Positions 49,802 through 59,793 of a DNA stretch of 64,000 nucleotides are shown here, piece after piece. Origin of the DNA: an uncultured Staphylococcaceae bacterium. Lineage in GTDB: Bacteria > Bacillota_I > Bacilli_A > RFN20 > CAG-826. The translations under genes were made by a program, and so were the position numbers. Each line of letters begins with the position of its first letter. The stretch's first letter is position 1. Under the pieces are notes generated by a model. The model saw only the letters and a list, made by a program, of their open reading frames with translations, made no database searches and had not been told where the DNA came from. The DNA lies in NCBI GenBank assembly GCA_964371305.1, contig CAYJLA010000002.1:6236-70235 (forward strand), written 5' to 3'.

Positions 49802-51874
49802 ATGAAATTGATAAAGTTTGATTTTGATAAAGAAAAAATAAATTCTTATGGGAATATGTTTTTGATTGGAAATGGTCATATCGGCTATCGTGGTACTTTA
49901 GAGGAGTATCGTGCTAGCGAGTTTGTAGGTCTAAATATTGTTGGTCAATATGATCAATACGAAGATAAATGGAGAGAGTCTCTGAACGCCTTTAATCCTT
50001 TCTTTGTACATGTTAAAGGGGATCGATCTTTTTCAGTTCTTGAAAATAAACCTACTAACCATTGTATTGAACTAGATATCAAAAAAGCACTCTTTTCAAG
50101 ATTTAGTGAATATGATGAATTGATTATAACTTCCAAAAGGTTCGTTTCGCATAATAACCTGGATACTTTATGTATGATTTACACTGTTAAGGCTAAGACA
50201 TCTATCAGTTTAAAAGTTACTTTTGGCATAGATGAAAATGTATGGGACATAAATGGACCGCATTATAAATCAATTGAGCATGGTAGGAATGAAAACAAAT
50301 TAACAATTACAGGAATAAGCAATGAAGGAAAGTATATTAAAACAATTGCCGCATATAAATCAAATAAACCATTTAGGTATAAAAACGGTCTATTTGAAGT
50401 TGATACACAATTAAATAGAGATGAAGAAATCACTATAGAAGTGTGTTCACAAATTATCATCGGAGAAGAACAAAATAGACAAATCACATGCTATGATGAT
50501 GAGTTTGATGCGCATCATAAAATCATGGATAAAAAATGGGAAAACTGCGAAGTGGTAATTGATGGAGATGAAGAAAGTAGAAAATCTTTAGCGTATAGTA
50601 TTTATCACCTAATCATACTTGGAAACAATGAATATACTACGTCTATACCAGCAAGAGGTTTGTCGGGACAAACATATAAAGGTGCAATATTTTGGGATAC
50701 TGAAGTGTTTATGTTACCATTTTTTATACTGACAGATGTAAATATTGCGAAAAAACTAGTTCAATACAGAATAAATACTCTTCCAGGTGCATTAAGAAAG
50801 GCTAAAAGATTTAATTGTGATGGAGCCTTCTATGCCTGGGAATCTCAAGAAACAGGCGATGAAGCCTGCAGTTTGTATAATGTAAGTGATGCTATAAGTG
50901 GAAAACCTATTAGAACATACTTTGCAGATAAGCAAATTCATATATCAGGCGATGTTTCTTTTGGTATTATTCGTTATATTGAGGCTACTGGAGATTATAA
51001 CATTTTGTATGAGGGTGGTTTTGAAACACTCATTCAAATAACAAAGTTCTTTATCAATTATAGTGTATTTAATTCTCAAAAAGACAGATATGAAATACAC
51101 GACGTTATTGGTCCAGATGAATATCATGAAAGAGTAAATAATAACGCTTTTACAAATTACCTTGTTTACTTTACAACAAAGAAGATAATTGATTATGCTT
51201 CTTTACTCGAAGGAGACTATGTAAACAAAATCCTTAGTAAATGCGATTTAAATATAAATGCAGTTGAAAATTATGTTAATAAACTATATTTACCTCAGCC
51301 AAACAATGATAATGTAATTGAACAATTTGATGGCTATTTTGCATTAGAAGATGCCACTGTAAAAGAAGTAAGAAGTAGATTGAAAAACGAAAAGGAATAC
51401 TGGGGCGGAGAAAATGGCGTCGCCACTAAGACAAGAATAATAAAACAAGCAGACGTTATTGCGCTTATGGGAATGTTTCCGGAAGAATTCTCATACGAAG
51501 AATTAAAGGCGAACTACGACTTTTATGAACCATATACTGAACACGGATCTAGTCTTTCAGCATCTATGCATTCGTTGGTGGCGTGTAAAATTGGATATTT
51601 CGATGAAGCATATAAAATGTTTTTAAAATCTGCAACAGTTGACTTAGGCGAAAATCAAAAACAGTGGGCTGGAAGCATATACATTGGTGGCACACACCCT
51701 GCTAGCAATGGTGGTAGTTACTTATCTATTGTATATGGTTTTCTCGGAGTTAGGATAAATAGTAATAAGGTTACATTTGACCCACACTTACCTGATAATT
51801 TTAATGCTATTACATATTCTTATGTTGAGAATAACGTAAAAAAGACCCTAAAATTTATAAACAATAAACAATAA
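49802..51874 (+). CDS. glycoside hydrolase family 65 phosphorylase (second paralogue)
   Basis: 690 aa; GLSGQTYKGAIFWDTEVF block homologous to upstream GH65. Confidence 0.8.
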   Translation: MKLIKFDFDKEKINSYGNMFLIGNGHIGYRGTLEEYRASEFVGLNIVGQYDQYEDKWRESLNAFNPFFVHVKGDRSFSVLENKPTNHCIELDIKKALFSRFSEYDELIITSKRFVSHNNLDTLCMIYTVKAKTSISLKVTFGIDENVWDINGPHYKSIEHGRNENKLTITGISNEGKYIKTIAAYKSNKPFRYKNGLFEVDTQLNRDEEITIEVCSQIIIGEEQNRQITCYDDEFDAHHKIMDKKWENCEVVIDGDEESRKSLAYSIYHLIILGNNEYTTSIPARGLSGQTYKGAIFWDTEVFMLPFFILTDVNIAKKLVQYRINTLPGALRKAKRFNCDGAFYAWESQETGDEACSLYNVSDAISGKPIRTYFADKQIHISGDVSFGIIRYIEATGDYNILYEGGFETLIQITKFFINYSVFNSQKDRYEIHDVIGPDEYHERVNNNAFTNYLVYFTTKKIIDYASLLEGDYVNKILSKCDLNINAVENYVNKLYLPQPNNDNVIEQFDGYFALEDATVKEVRSRLKNEKEYWGGENGVATKTRIIKQADVIALMGMFPEEFSYEELKANYDFYEPYTEHGSSLSASMHSLVACKIGYFDEAYKMFLKSATVDLGENQKQWAGSIYIGGTHPASNGGSYLSIVYGFLGVRINSNKVTFDPHLPDNFNAITYSYVENNVKKTLKFINNKQ

Positions 51875-51895
51875 TAGAAAAAAACTAATAAGTTA

Positions 51896-52567
51896 TTAGT
51901 CTTTATTTTTCTTTGCTAGCGAAAGTTTTTCAATTATTTCAGGATCGTCCGATACATAATCAATATATGAAAATGCTAATCCGCCAATAAAATTGCCAAC
52001 TAGTGATAGACCTAATAAATATAGACCTTCAGGAGTAAAAAATTCGCCAGTAACAGCTAAATAAAAACTTGAAGCAACTACATGGTCAAATCCACATATT
52101 GCAAAAACCATTATAATTATGACAATTAATAAAACGTTATTTTTGAATTTCTTCATTTTTGATAGTGCACCAATTAATACGCCGCACATGATACCCATAG
52201 TAATTATTCCATACCAATCATCCGCAAATCTTTTATCTAAAACTGCAGAAAAGACACTTTCTAGCTCTGTGTGTAATCGTGTAGTCATCATGAAATAACC
52301 AAGCAAAAGACATCCAACAGCATTACCAAGGCAAACAAGTAAACATCTCCAAGTATATTCAAAAAAACTAAAATTTTCTCTTTGTTTAGGAACAAAACTT
52401 GTAAACAGATACAAATCATATTCGATAATAATCAAAATACCTACACTAAATAGTGCATATGCTACAACATCGTTTATGTTGTATGTTGCACCAAAAGCCA
52501 ATGCTCCTAGCCCAATACCTATACCGCCTAAAATACTTTTACTAATAAATTTTATCATTTTGTTCAC
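51896..52567 (-). CDS. small polytopic membrane protein, formate/nitrite-transporter-like (putative)
   Basis: 223 aa, 6 TM, CGFDHVVASS resembles FNT GFEHS(I/V)AN motif; tentative. Confidence 0.35.
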   Translation of the reverse strand: MNKMIKFISKSILGGIGIGLGALAFGATYNINDVVAYALFSVGILIIIEYDLYLFTSFVPKQRENFSFFEYTWRCLLVCLGNAVGCLLLGYFMMTTRLHTELESVFSAVLDKRFADDWYGIITMGIMCGVLIGALSKMKKFKNNVLLIVIIIMVFAICGFDHVVASSFYLAVTGEFFTPEGLYLLGLSLVGNFIGGLAFSYIDYVSDDPEIIEKLSLAKKNKD

Positions 52568-52740
52568 TCATTTCACTTTATAGAAACGTATATTATTATA
52601 ATAATATATTTTGTTATTATCAATAGCTTAATTATCAATTTTACTTTATCGATATAGTCGAAAGTATATGTATATTGATTGAAAAAATAATAATTTAATT
52701 TAAAATTAAAGTAGTCATTTATATTGAAGAGGGAACAAAT

Positions 52741-53715
52741 ATGGAAATACGAAGGAGCGTAGGGCTTAAAGAAATTGCTGCAGAATTAAACATAAGTATA
52801 AATGCAGTATCCAGAGCGTTGAGAGATTGTAGTGATATTTCTGAAAGCACTAAACAAAAAGTAAGGAATGCAGCTATTGAATTAGGTTATGTACCAAATG
52901 CAGTAGCTCAATCATTACGAAATGGCAAGTCAAAACAAATAGGTTTTGTAACAGACACTGTACTTAACCCATTTTTACCGGTGATGTCTGATATCATTTT
53001 GAACAAACTGGAAGAAATTGATTATGGTGGTGTTATTATACCTAATAAAACCGGATTTGATCGTAGCGTAATTGCAAAATGCATATCGCAAAGATTAGAT
53101 GCGATTGTAGCATTTGTTAAGCCTACTCCAGATACAATTGAGTGTGCTAGATTAAACAATTTAAAGATTGTATTTCTTGGAAAATGTGATGAACCTGACG
53201 TTGTAAAATGCGTTTACTTAGATACAATAAAAGGCGGTAGATTAGCAGGAGAACATTTTGTAAAAAATGGACATAAAAATCTTATATATGTATCATTAAA
53301 TGGCGCTGTTGGAAGTAAAAGAAGACAGGAAGGTATTGAAGGATTTGTTGAAACTTTCAATAGTCGTAATGGAGAGCAAATTAAGTTGGAAATTGTTAAG
53401 TTTGAAGAGATGGAAACTAGAGTTCCGGAATTGATAAAGCAAGGTTTTACTGGTATACATACACATAGTGATACAATTGGACTTATACTTGAAAAACATC
53501 TATCTAAATTAGGTTTAAAAGACGGAGTCATGATTATTGGTATTGATGGTGTAGGAAGACATTTATCAATTTGCGAAAAAATTAATTCTATTGTTGGAGA
53601 TTTTAATGAAGGTGGCGAAAAAGTTATAGAAAAACTCAAGTTAATTTTCAACGGCAAAGCTGATGAAGTTGGAGATACAATAATTGACGTAAACTTGATT
53701 TTAGAAGATCAATAG
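52741..53715 (+). CDS. LacI family transcriptional regulator
   Basis: N-terminal HTH LKEIAAELNISINAVSRALRD + periplasmic-binding-protein-like sugar-binding core. Confidence 0.75.
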   Translation: MEIRRSVGLKEIAAELNISINAVSRALRDCSDISESTKQKVRNAAIELGYVPNAVAQSLRNGKSKQIGFVTDTVLNPFLPVMSDIILNKLEEIDYGGVIIPNKTGFDRSVIAKCISQRLDAIVAFVKPTPDTIECARLNNLKIVFLGKCDEPDVVKCVYLDTIKGGRLAGEHFVKNGHKNLIYVSLNGAVGSKRRQEGIEGFVETFNSRNGEQIKLEIVKFEEMETRVPELIKQGFTGIHTHSDTIGLILEKHLSKLGLKDGVMIIGIDGVGRHLSICEKINSIVGDFNEGGEKVIEKLKLIFNGKADEVGDTIIDVNLILEDQ

Positions 53716-53730
53716 AAAGAAATTTAACTA

Positions 53731-53752
53731 AAGGTGCAGAAGCACCTTTTTT
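53731..53752 (+). terminator. rho-independent terminator AAGGTGC-agaa-GCACCTT + T-run
   Basis: 7-bp stem, tetraloop. Confidence 0.7.
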
Positions 53753-53767
53753 AATTTTTATAAATAG

Positions 53768-53804
53768 TAGTTTTATCTACCTTTATAGCTGTTTTGTCAT
53801 ATTT
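53768..53804 (+). promoter_or_regulatory. direct-repeat cis-element copy 2 (tAGTTTTATC-N12-gcTGTTTTGTC)
   Basis: 34/37 identical to 27509..27545; upstream of beta-phosphoglucomutase gene. Confidence 0.5.
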
Positions 53805-53865
53805 ATAATTTTAGCAAATTCATTATAATATTTTATGTATTAATTTATCAAATGAGGAGAAAATA

Positions 53866-54492
53866 ATGAAAGCATTTATATTTGATTTAGATGGTGTGTT
53901 GGTTCACACAGATAATTTGCATTACTTAGCATGGAAAGAAATTGCTGATAAACAAGGAATTGAGTTCAATGAAGAAATAAATAATCTACTTAGAGGTGTT
54001 TCTAGAATGGAGAGTTTAGAAATTATTCTTAGAAAAAGTGATAAAAAGTATTCTCAAGAAGAAAAAAATCAACTTGCAGAAGAAAAAAACAACGTATACA
54101 AGAAATATTTAGAAACTATGTCTCCTAACGATCTTGACTCCGGAGTCTTAGACTCATTAAATATTTTAAAGGAAAAAGGCTACATTCTTGCGATTGGTAG
54201 TTCAAGCAAGAACGCCGTTACTATATTGGATAAACTCGGCATCAAGGCAATGTTTGATGTCATTAGTGATGGAAATAATATTAGAAATTCAAAACCAGAT
54301 CCTGAAGTGTTCCTTTATGCAGCCACTAAACTAGGTCTTAGTCCTGAAGAATGCTACGTTGTTGAAGATGCTGTTGCAGGCGTTACCGCAGGAGTCAACG
54401 GCGGCTTTAAAGTAATAACGATTAATGATGCCTACAGCGATGATAGAGCAACATATAGACTAAAAACCTTTAATGAAATTGTCAATATTTAG
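53866..54492 (+). CDS. pgmB: beta-phosphoglucomutase (HAD superfamily)
   Basis: FIFDLDGVLVHTD motif I, HAD motifs; genomic context with GH65 phosphorylases. Confidence 0.7.
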   Translation: MKAFIFDLDGVLVHTDNLHYLAWKEIADKQGIEFNEEINNLLRGVSRMESLEIILRKSDKKYSQEEKNQLAEEKNNVYKKYLETMSPNDLDSGVLDSLNILKEKGYILAIGSSSKNAVTILDKLGIKAMFDVISDGNNIRNSKPDPEVFLYAATKLGLSPEECYVVEDAVAGVTAGVNGGFKVITINDAYSDDRATYRLKTFNEIVNI

Positions 54493-55366
54493 TAGGATTA
54501 TAAAATTTTGGGTCAGTGTTACTATTTATTTCCACATAAATCGCTGTTGAATCATCCGTCATTTTAAACCTAGGATATTTATCTAGAGTAGGGTCTTCAT
54601 TTTGCTTCTCTAATAATATATCAATATGATCTTTTAAGTTATTTGATTGTATGGATAAAATCAAATCATTATAGGTTTCGAATGCTTTCACAGTAGTTAC
54701 CAATTCAGCAAAGCCATCTGTCATAAGCAAAAAAGAATGAATTTGATTCAAATCAAAATATCTAGACTCTGCATTTTTTACTCCCATTCCGTTTGGATCA
54801 CATGTTTGATAGCCGTCTTCAGTATTTTTTAAAGAACGAACATGTTTAATTCTATCTTTAACTTCATCTGTTGATAATGCTTCAATCATTGATATGTTAT
54901 TTTCGTCTGCTCTTTTTTTTGCTAATGATATAGTTTCACTATCTAATATTGTAAGGGCTTCGGTATGAATTTCTTCCAAACTGTTATCAAGTTTTCGTAC
55001 TACAGCAGTACAATCGCCTAGTGTGAAAATTTCCATTTGCGTTGAGTTGATGTTTCTTGCAATTAGAATAGAGCAAGAAACATCATTATAACTACTTGGA
55101 AAGGTGGCTTGATTTCTTATATCACTCAAAGTATGTTCTAAACACGTGTACAATGATTGGTCTCTTTTTAATAAATATAATGGTAGCTTAGTCTTAATTT
55201 GATTAACAAACCACTCAGCATTAAAATATTTGTCACCATTAACTGGAGTTGCTCCATCAATAACAAAGGCATAACCATGTTTTTTATATTGGTCCACAAA
55301 TGCATCTTCATTTGCTCTATCTTTAGTAGAATAGGAAATAGATTTAGTCGCAATACACATAATCAC
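54482..55366 (-). CDS. PP2C-like (PF13672-type) serine/threonine phosphatase domain protein
   Basis: RANEDAF, FVIDGATP, LLMTDGFAEL blocks paralleling PP2C motifs; 3' end overlaps pgmB convergently by 11 nt. Confidence 0.5.
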   Translation of the reverse strand: MIMCIATKSISYSTKDRANEDAFVDQYKKHGYAFVIDGATPVNGDKYFNAEWFVNQIKTKLPLYLLKRDQSLYTCLEHTLSDIRNQATFPSSYNDVSCSILIARNINSTQMEIFTLGDCTAVVRKLDNSLEEIHTEALTILDSETISLAKKRADENNISMIEALSTDEVKDRIKHVRSLKNTEDGYQTCDPNGMGVKNAESRYFDLNQIHSFLLMTDGFAELVTTVKAFETYNDLILSIQSNNLKDHIDILLEKQNEDPTLDKYPRFKMTDDSTAIYVEINSNTDPKFYNPTKY

Positions 55367-56401
55367 CTACAAAACCAAAACCAATATTAAGGAGATAATC
55401 ATTAGTACTACTCCAATACTGATTGCGATAAGTTGCTTTACTAAGTCTTTTTTATTAAAACGGTTGATTATAAGGGAAAACGTTCCATAAACGCAGATGT
55501 TACCACCTAATAGTAATAAAATTAAAAATGCAACATCGTCAGCAACGAAAGAAGTTGATATTTGTATCGAAGTAACTATAAATCCAAGCAAACCTGCAAA
55601 AAACGCGATGACTTCAATGCTGCGCCATGTCGATGAATTAATTGCTTCAGTAACAACTTTAGTAGTTTTCTCTTGCGTCTCTTTTATCGCTTGTAAAGAA
55701 GCTACAAAATTTTTAGTAGTTTTATAATTCATTATTTTAAGTGCATAATTTTTACCTTTAGGGTTTTCATATTTTATTGCAAGAGCAACGCTCTTTAGAG
55801 CCTCTTTATAATCACCTTTATATGCACGAATTCTAGCGCATGTATCATAAAACTTTGCATATGATTCGTTTTGTATTATATCAGTTACCAAATCGATCGC
55901 TGAATCGTAATATTCTTCCAAAATTGTGACATGTTCAGGGTTGTAAAAATATAGATATTCAAAAATTGTGGCAAATAAATCACAAAAGACATGAACAACC
56001 CCAGAATGATTAGGTAAGTCATCAATGTTTTTTCTTGCAACTCTTAAGTATTTTTTGAACATATCGATATTTGTTGAATCGTGGTGGCCATTTTTGATTC
56101 TTTCCAATATAATCATTGACTCAATGTGTTTAAAAATCTTGTATTTTCCAGAAAATTCATCAGAAAAATATTTAACTAACTTTTCTCCTTCATCAAATTC
56201 GAGTAACGTCCTAAAGTGAATACTTAGCACATAAAAATATATGAATTTTTGATCAGCATCTAATTCTTTTTGAGAAAAGTATAAAATTTGTTGAATACTA
56301 TTAGCTTCATCAGTTGTAAGATTATTCGCTATAACAGTTACTTCTCTTTCAAATTCACGAGAGCTAAAATCTCTGCTTTTAATTTTATCAAATATTAACA
56401 T
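55367..56401 (-). CDS. hypothetical protein: cytoplasmic helical/TPR-like N-domain + 3 C-terminal TM helices
   Basis: TPR-like YDTCARIRAYKGDYKEALKSVALAIKY; C-terminal hydrophobic helices; stop abuts PP2C-like gene start; start moved to ATG 56401 (AAGGAG 6 nt upstream). Confidence 0.55.
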   Translation of the reverse strand: MLIFDKIKSRDFSSREFEREVTVIANNLTTDEANSIQQILYFSQKELDADQKFIYFYVLSIHFRTLLEFDEGEKLVKYFSDEFSGKYKIFKHIESMIILERIKNGHHDSTNIDMFKKYLRVARKNIDDLPNHSGVVHVFCDLFATIFEYLYFYNPEHVTILEEYYDSAIDLVTDIIQNESYAKFYDTCARIRAYKGDYKEALKSVALAIKYENPKGKNYALKIMNYKTTKNFVASLQAIKETQEKTTKVVTEAINSSTWRSIEVIAFFAGLLGFIVTSIQISTSFVADDVAFLILLLLGGNICVYGTFSLIINRFNKKDLVKQLIAISIGVVLMIISLILVLVL

Positions 56402-56745
56402 ACTCATCTCCTTATTTATATATACATATTATCACAATAACATATGTTTTTCTATTCAATATACATTATATGTTTACCTCAATAAAAATTACTCTAATTT
56501 CATGATTTTCTTGTATGTTTTTTTGTTAAACTTAGGAGCGAATTTAAGCAAAAAAATACTAAATTCATACATTAAAATTATACGAAAATAACGGTATCAA
56601 ATTCGCCAAAAAATAAAGAAAAAAAGCAAATATTTGCATGCTTAGTATTTAATCTTTGTGTATGTTGTAGTTACATGCTTTATAAATTGTTACCCTAAAG
56701 TATGTATAGTGTTAAAATTTTATTATAAATAAGTCACGATTTTAC

Positions 56746-56774
56746 TTGCATTAGCTATTGTGAATTAGTATACT
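56746..56774 (+). promoter_or_regulatory. S10 operon sigma-A promoter TTGCAT-17-TATACT
   Basis: hexamers 56746-56751 and 56769-56774. Confidence 0.6.
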
Positions 56775-56781
56775 ACTTTTG

Positions 56782-56903
56782 TATGTCGTCACGGAGAAGT
56801 GCGAGGTTGCTGATACACCCACAGGCGTTGTCATGAAGGGGGATCAGGGAATTCACATGGAGTGATACATGCCGCCTGAATAATGAAACAAGGAGGAAAT
56901 TTC
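56782..56903 (+). promoter_or_regulatory. GC-rich structured 5' leader of S10 operon (candidate ribosomal-protein autoregulatory leader)
   Basis: local GC far above genome background; CAGGCG...CGCCTG and CAC-GGAGAAG-GTG stems. Confidence 0.4.
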
Positions 56904-57215
56904 ATGGCTAAAGTTAGGATAATTAGAATTCGCTTAAAAGCTTACGAACACAAAGTATTAGATACAAGTGTTGTTAAGATCTTACAAGCAGCGAAATCTA
57001 CTGGCGCTGGTGTTGTCGGGCCAATTCCGCTACCTACGGAAAAACAAGTGTATACAATTCTTAGAGGTGTACATAAACACAAAGATTCACGTGAGCAATT
57101 CGAAATTCGTACTCACAAACGCTTAATCGATATTACAAATCCAACTAAGGAAACAATCGAAACCTTAAAGAAATTGGATTTACCAAGCGGTGTTGATATC
57201 GATATCAAATTATAG
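56904..57215 (+). CDS. rpsJ: 30S ribosomal protein S10
   Basis: [16 protein letters not shown]...; GGAGG RBS 8 nt before ATG 56904 (ORF-track start 56883 is upstream of RBS). Confidence 0.93.
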   Translation: MAKVRIIRIRLKAYEHKVLDTSVVKILQAAKSTGAGVVGPIPLPTEKQVYTILRGVHKHKDSREQFEIRTHKRLIDITNPTKETIETLKKLDLPSGVDIDIKL

Positions 57216-57225
57216 GAGGTAAAAC

Positions 57226-57933
57226 ATGAAAGCTATTATTGGAAGAAAAGTTGGCATGACCCAAGTATTCGCAGCAGATGGTTCTCAGTACGCAGTTAGT
57301 GTTATAGAAGTTTTACCAAATGTTGTCTCTCAAGTCAAAACACTTGAAAAAGACGGATATGAAGCGGTTCAAATTGGTTACGAAGTTAAAAAAGAATCAA
57401 GAGCGAACAAAGCTGAAAAAGGTCGCGTCGCAAAATCAGGCTTAGCTGTTGCAAAACACTATGTCGAATTAAAAGGTGATGAACTTAAAACTCTTAATGT
57501 TGGCGACACAATTGATGCAAGCATATTTGCAGCAGGAGATGTTGTTGATGTAATCGGAACTTCAAAAGGTAAAGGATTTACTGGCGTTATCAAAAGATAC
57601 GGTCACAAAATCGGTCCTAAAGCACACGGTTCCGGATATCATAGAGGTATTGGTTCGTTCGCAAACAACGGTCGTTGTAATAACCGTGTCTTACCAGGCA
57701 AGAAAATGCCAGGTCATCACGGACACCAAAGAAGTACAATTCTTAACTTATTAGTAGTAGAAGCAAACGCTGCTGAAAACTATATCTTAGTAAGAGGTGG
57801 CATTCCAGGACCTAAAAAAGGACTTATTCAAATTAGAAGCGCTGTAAAAGTTCAACGCAAAACAAAAGAAGTCGTTAAAGAATTAGTAAACACTGCTCCA
57901 GTAGTTGAGCAAGTAGAAGTGAAAGGAGAATAA
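57226..57933 (+). CDS. rplC: 50S ribosomal protein L3
   Basis: GRKVGMTQVF... conserved L3. Confidence 0.95.
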   Translation: MKAIIGRKVGMTQVFAADGSQYAVSVIEVLPNVVSQVKTLEKDGYEAVQIGYEVKKESRANKAEKGRVAKSGLAVAKHYVELKGDELKTLNVGDTIDASIFAAGDVVDVIGTSKGKGFTGVIKRYGHKIGPKAHGSGYHRGIGSFANNGRCNNRVLPGKKMPGHHGHQRSTILNLLVVEANAAENYILVRGGIPGPKKGLIQIRSAVKVQRKTKEVVKELVNTAPVVEQVEVKGE

Positions 57934-57935
57934 TC

Positions 57936-58571
57936 ATGGCCGAAAAGAAATTAAAAGTAGCAGTACTTAATATGAACGGCGAAGAAGTATCATCTCTTGC
58001 ACTTAATAAAGATGTATTCGGTATTGAAGTTAACAAACAAGTTATGTTCGATGCAGTTAAGGTATATCTTGCAAATCGTCGTCAAGCTACAGCAAAAGTA
58101 AAAAATCGTAGCGAAGTTTCTGGTGGTGGTAAAAAACCTTGGAGACAAAAAGGAACTGGTAGAGCACGTGCTGGTTCAACAAGAAGCCCAATTTGGGTTG
58201 GTGGTGGTAGATCATTCGGACCACGTGGTAACCAAAATTACAAAATTTCTCAAAACAAGAAAGAACATAGACTCGCTCTTAAATCAGCTCTTACATTAAA
58301 AGCTGTGGCAGGGTTAGTTGTTGTTGATAGATTGGAAATCGCAGAACCAAAAACTAAATTGGTAGCAAGTGTGTTAAGTAATATCAAAGTTACTTCAAAA
58401 GCGCTTGTTGTTACAGATGCAAATAATGCAAACTTAGCATTAGGCATCCGTAATATTAATAAAGTTAAACTCGTAAATAGTAATAATGTTTCTGTTTATG
58501 ATTTATTAAATGCTAAACAAGTCGTATTCGATTTAGAAGCAATTAAAAAAGTTATGGAGGTACTTGGATAA
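57936..58571 (+). CDS. rplD: 50S ribosomal protein L4
   Basis: conserved L4 pattern, operon order. Confidence 0.95.
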   Translation: MAEKKLKVAVLNMNGEEVSSLALNKDVFGIEVNKQVMFDAVKVYLANRRQATAKVKNRSEVSGGGKKPWRQKGTGRARAGSTRSPIWVGGGRSFGPRGNQNYKISQNKKEHRLALKSALTLKAVAGLVVVDRLEIAEPKTKLVASVLSNIKVTSKALVVTDANNANLALGIRNINKVKLVNSNNVSVYDLLNAKQVVFDLEAIKKVMEVLG

Positions 58572-58906
58572 TGGCTAAAAAAGAAAAAGTAGCAACCGGT
58601 TCATTCGGTAAGCCAACAATTAAAGATTTCGAAGTTATTAAAAAACCTCGTATAACTGAAAAATCTATGGAACTTATGCAAAACTTAAACAAAGTAACTG
58701 TTGAAGTTATGGATACAGCAAACAAAACTGAAATTAAGTTAGCGTTCCAAAGAATATTTGGTGTAAAAGTTGAAGATGTTAGAGTTGTTAACACTCTTGC
58801 AAAAGCAACAAGAAGGGGAGGACGTTATAATGGTCGTATCCCTGGATTTAAAAAGGCAATTGTTACAGTCGCTGAAGGACAAGCAATTGACCTATTTAAA
58901 GAGTAG
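58571..58906 (+). CDS. rplW: 50S ribosomal protein L23 (with ~16-aa N-terminal extension)
   Basis: KKPRITEKS...; TAATG overlap with rplD. Confidence 0.9.
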   Translation: MAKKEKVATGSFGKPTIKDFEVIKKPRITEKSMELMQNLNKVTVEVMDTANKTEIKLAFQRIFGVKVEDVRVVNTLAKATRRGGRYNGRIPGFKKAIVTVAEGQAIDLFKE

Positions 58907-58940
58907 TAAATGCTCTACTTATTATATATAGGAGAAAAAT

Positions 58941-59774
58941 ATGGCAATTAGAACTTACAAACCTACGACACCAAGTCGTAGAAACATGACTAATGCGACA
59001 TTTGAAGAAATCACCAAATCCACTCCTGAGAAATCTCTTACAGTAAGTCTTAAAAAGACTGGCGGACGTAATAACCGCGGAGTAATTACAACTCGTCACA
59101 TTGGTGGTGGACATAAAAGAAAATATCGTATTATTGACTTTAGAAGAAATAAGGATGGTATCATCGGTAAAGTACAAGCTATCGAGTATGATCCAAACAG
59201 AAACGCATACATTGCACTCATTGCTTATGCTGATGGTGAAAAAAGATATATTATCGCACCTGAAGGATTAGTAGTTGGTAATAAAATCATTTCTGGTGAG
59301 ACAGTAGATGTTCGTGTAGGTAACGCAATGTTACTTAAAAACATCCCAGAAGGTAGCGTTGTTCACAACTTAGAACTTACACCACTTAAAGGCGCTCAAC
59401 TTTGTAGAGCTGCTGGTACAAGTGCTCAAATCTTGGGTCACGAAGGAAAATACACAATCGTTCGTTTGGCTTCTGGTGAAGTAAGAAAGATTCTTGGAGA
59501 ATGTAGAGCAACTATTGGTAGAGTCGGTAATGCTGACTTCGCACTTATCAATAAAGGTAAGGCTGGTAAAACACGTTGGTTAGGTACAAGACCTACAGTT
59601 CGTGGTTCTGTTATGAACCCTAACGATCACCCTCATGGTGGTGGTGAAGGTAAATCACCAATCGGGCGTGATGCACCACGTACACCTTGGGGCAAAAGAG
59701 CTCTTGGTGTAAAAACAAGAAAAACAAAGAAAGCGTCATCTAAATTAATTATTAGACGTCGCGGCAAGAAATAA
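58941..59774 (+). CDS. rplB: 50S ribosomal protein L2
   Basis: conserved L2 incl. GGGEGK and [12 protein letters not shown]. Confidence 0.95.
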   Translation: MAIRTYKPTTPSRRNMTNATFEEITKSTPEKSLTVSLKKTGGRNNRGVITTRHIGGGHKRKYRIIDFRRNKDGIIGKVQAIEYDPNRNAYIALIAYADGEKRYIIAPEGLVVGNKIISGETVDVRVGNAMLLKNIPEGSVVHNLELTPLKGAQLCRAAGTSAQILGHEGKYTIVRLASGEVRKILGECRATIGRVGNADFALINKGKAGKTRWLGTRPTVRGSVMNPNDHPHGGGEGKSPIGRDAPRTPWGKRALGVKTRKTKKASSKLIIRRRGKK

Positions 59775-59793
59775 GGCAAAGGAGGAATAAAAT

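Noticed and set aside
51883-51899. AT-rich hairpin ACTAATAA-g-TTATTAGT between the convergent GH65 and membrane-protein genes as bidirectional terminator
   Set aside because: Stem is entirely A/T and overlaps the minus-strand stop codon; too weak to call with confidence.
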